The notes beneath the pieces were generated by a model. The model was not told the origin of the DNA. It worked only from the letters and a program-made list of their open reading frames with translations, and ran no database searches. Both the position numbers and the translations under genes were made by a program. A stretch of DNA of 63,939 nt, counting the filler, from Octopus bimaculoides (Eukaryota), in NCBI RefSeq assembly GCF_001194135.2. It is 5 parts of 5 records of this genome, joined end to end, with 100 filler letters (N's around TTAATTAATTAA, not from the genome) between each part and the next. Parts side by side here need not be neighbours in the genome. Positions count along the whole stretch, not along the records: positions 62,598 to 63,939 come from NW_026390451.1; 4 more parts are not named here. One strand, given 5' to 3'. Each line of letters opens with the position of its first letter. Position 1 is the first letter of the stretch. Of this stretch, positions 63,436-63,939 are shown one piece after another.

Positions 63436-63939
63436 AACATTTATAAATAGAAAGTCTCACAGTGCCAATCAGATTTCAATGATAAACTGGATAAATGAAA
63501 AATTTAGGTCAAAGTTTTGGCAATAAAGTGAAAACGAAAGAACTAATGCAAAACATTGTCTTTGAAAATACAAAGAAATTCTATTAGAGTAATTTTCCTT
63601 GATAATTATTAATATCATTTATATTGTAACTTATCTCAAGAAGGAAAGAGCTCTTCCTTGAAAAATTAATATGGAGAAATCACATGAACTGCGATAACCA
63701 ATCATATTAGGGAGGTATTAATACTGAATTGATTATTTTCAGTGTTTTTGAAAAAGAACAATTTTCATGACCTGGTAATAAGTGTGTCATGTAAGCCTAC
63801 GAATACTAAGGCATTTGCATGCATTAAAATAATAACCATTCTGTACATGATCTGTTTAGTATTTTCTTGGCATTTTTGAAAAAAAAACAAAGCACTCACA
63901 CAAGCACACACAGACGCTCACAATTTGCCCCTACCCCCT

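Overview
AT-rich, microsatellite- and SINE-dense animal genomic DNA from a gapped draft assembly. The repeat content looks like Octopus; this is inferred from repeat style, not from a database match. The only well-supported gene is the 3' half of a + strand SLC5 sodium:solute symporter of the SMCT/SMVT/NIS clade. Eight coding exons with canonical, phase-compatible splice sites lie between 1142 and 21502. One exon required by reading phase is not visible and may sit in the N gap at 16765-17187. The protein is unusually diverged at motifs conserved in the family. The rest of the window is mostly transposon debris: at least four tRNA-like SINE families, six Penelope-like (GIY-YIG) fragments, Tx1/L1-like ORF1 and RT fragments, a decayed Chapaev3-like (RAG1/Transib-related) transposon with long inverted ends, two mariner fragments, a Tigger fragment and several MITEs. 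The most interesting signals are: possible restorative A-to-I recoding sites and an in-frame cassette exon in the SLC5 gene; a fold-back element with two hammerhead-ribozyme-like cores just upstream of an exon; other minimal hammerhead relics at Penelope ends; two long imperfect hairpins; and a possible small secreted-peptide gene. Nearly all ORFs in the supplied track are artefacts of repeats or N runs.
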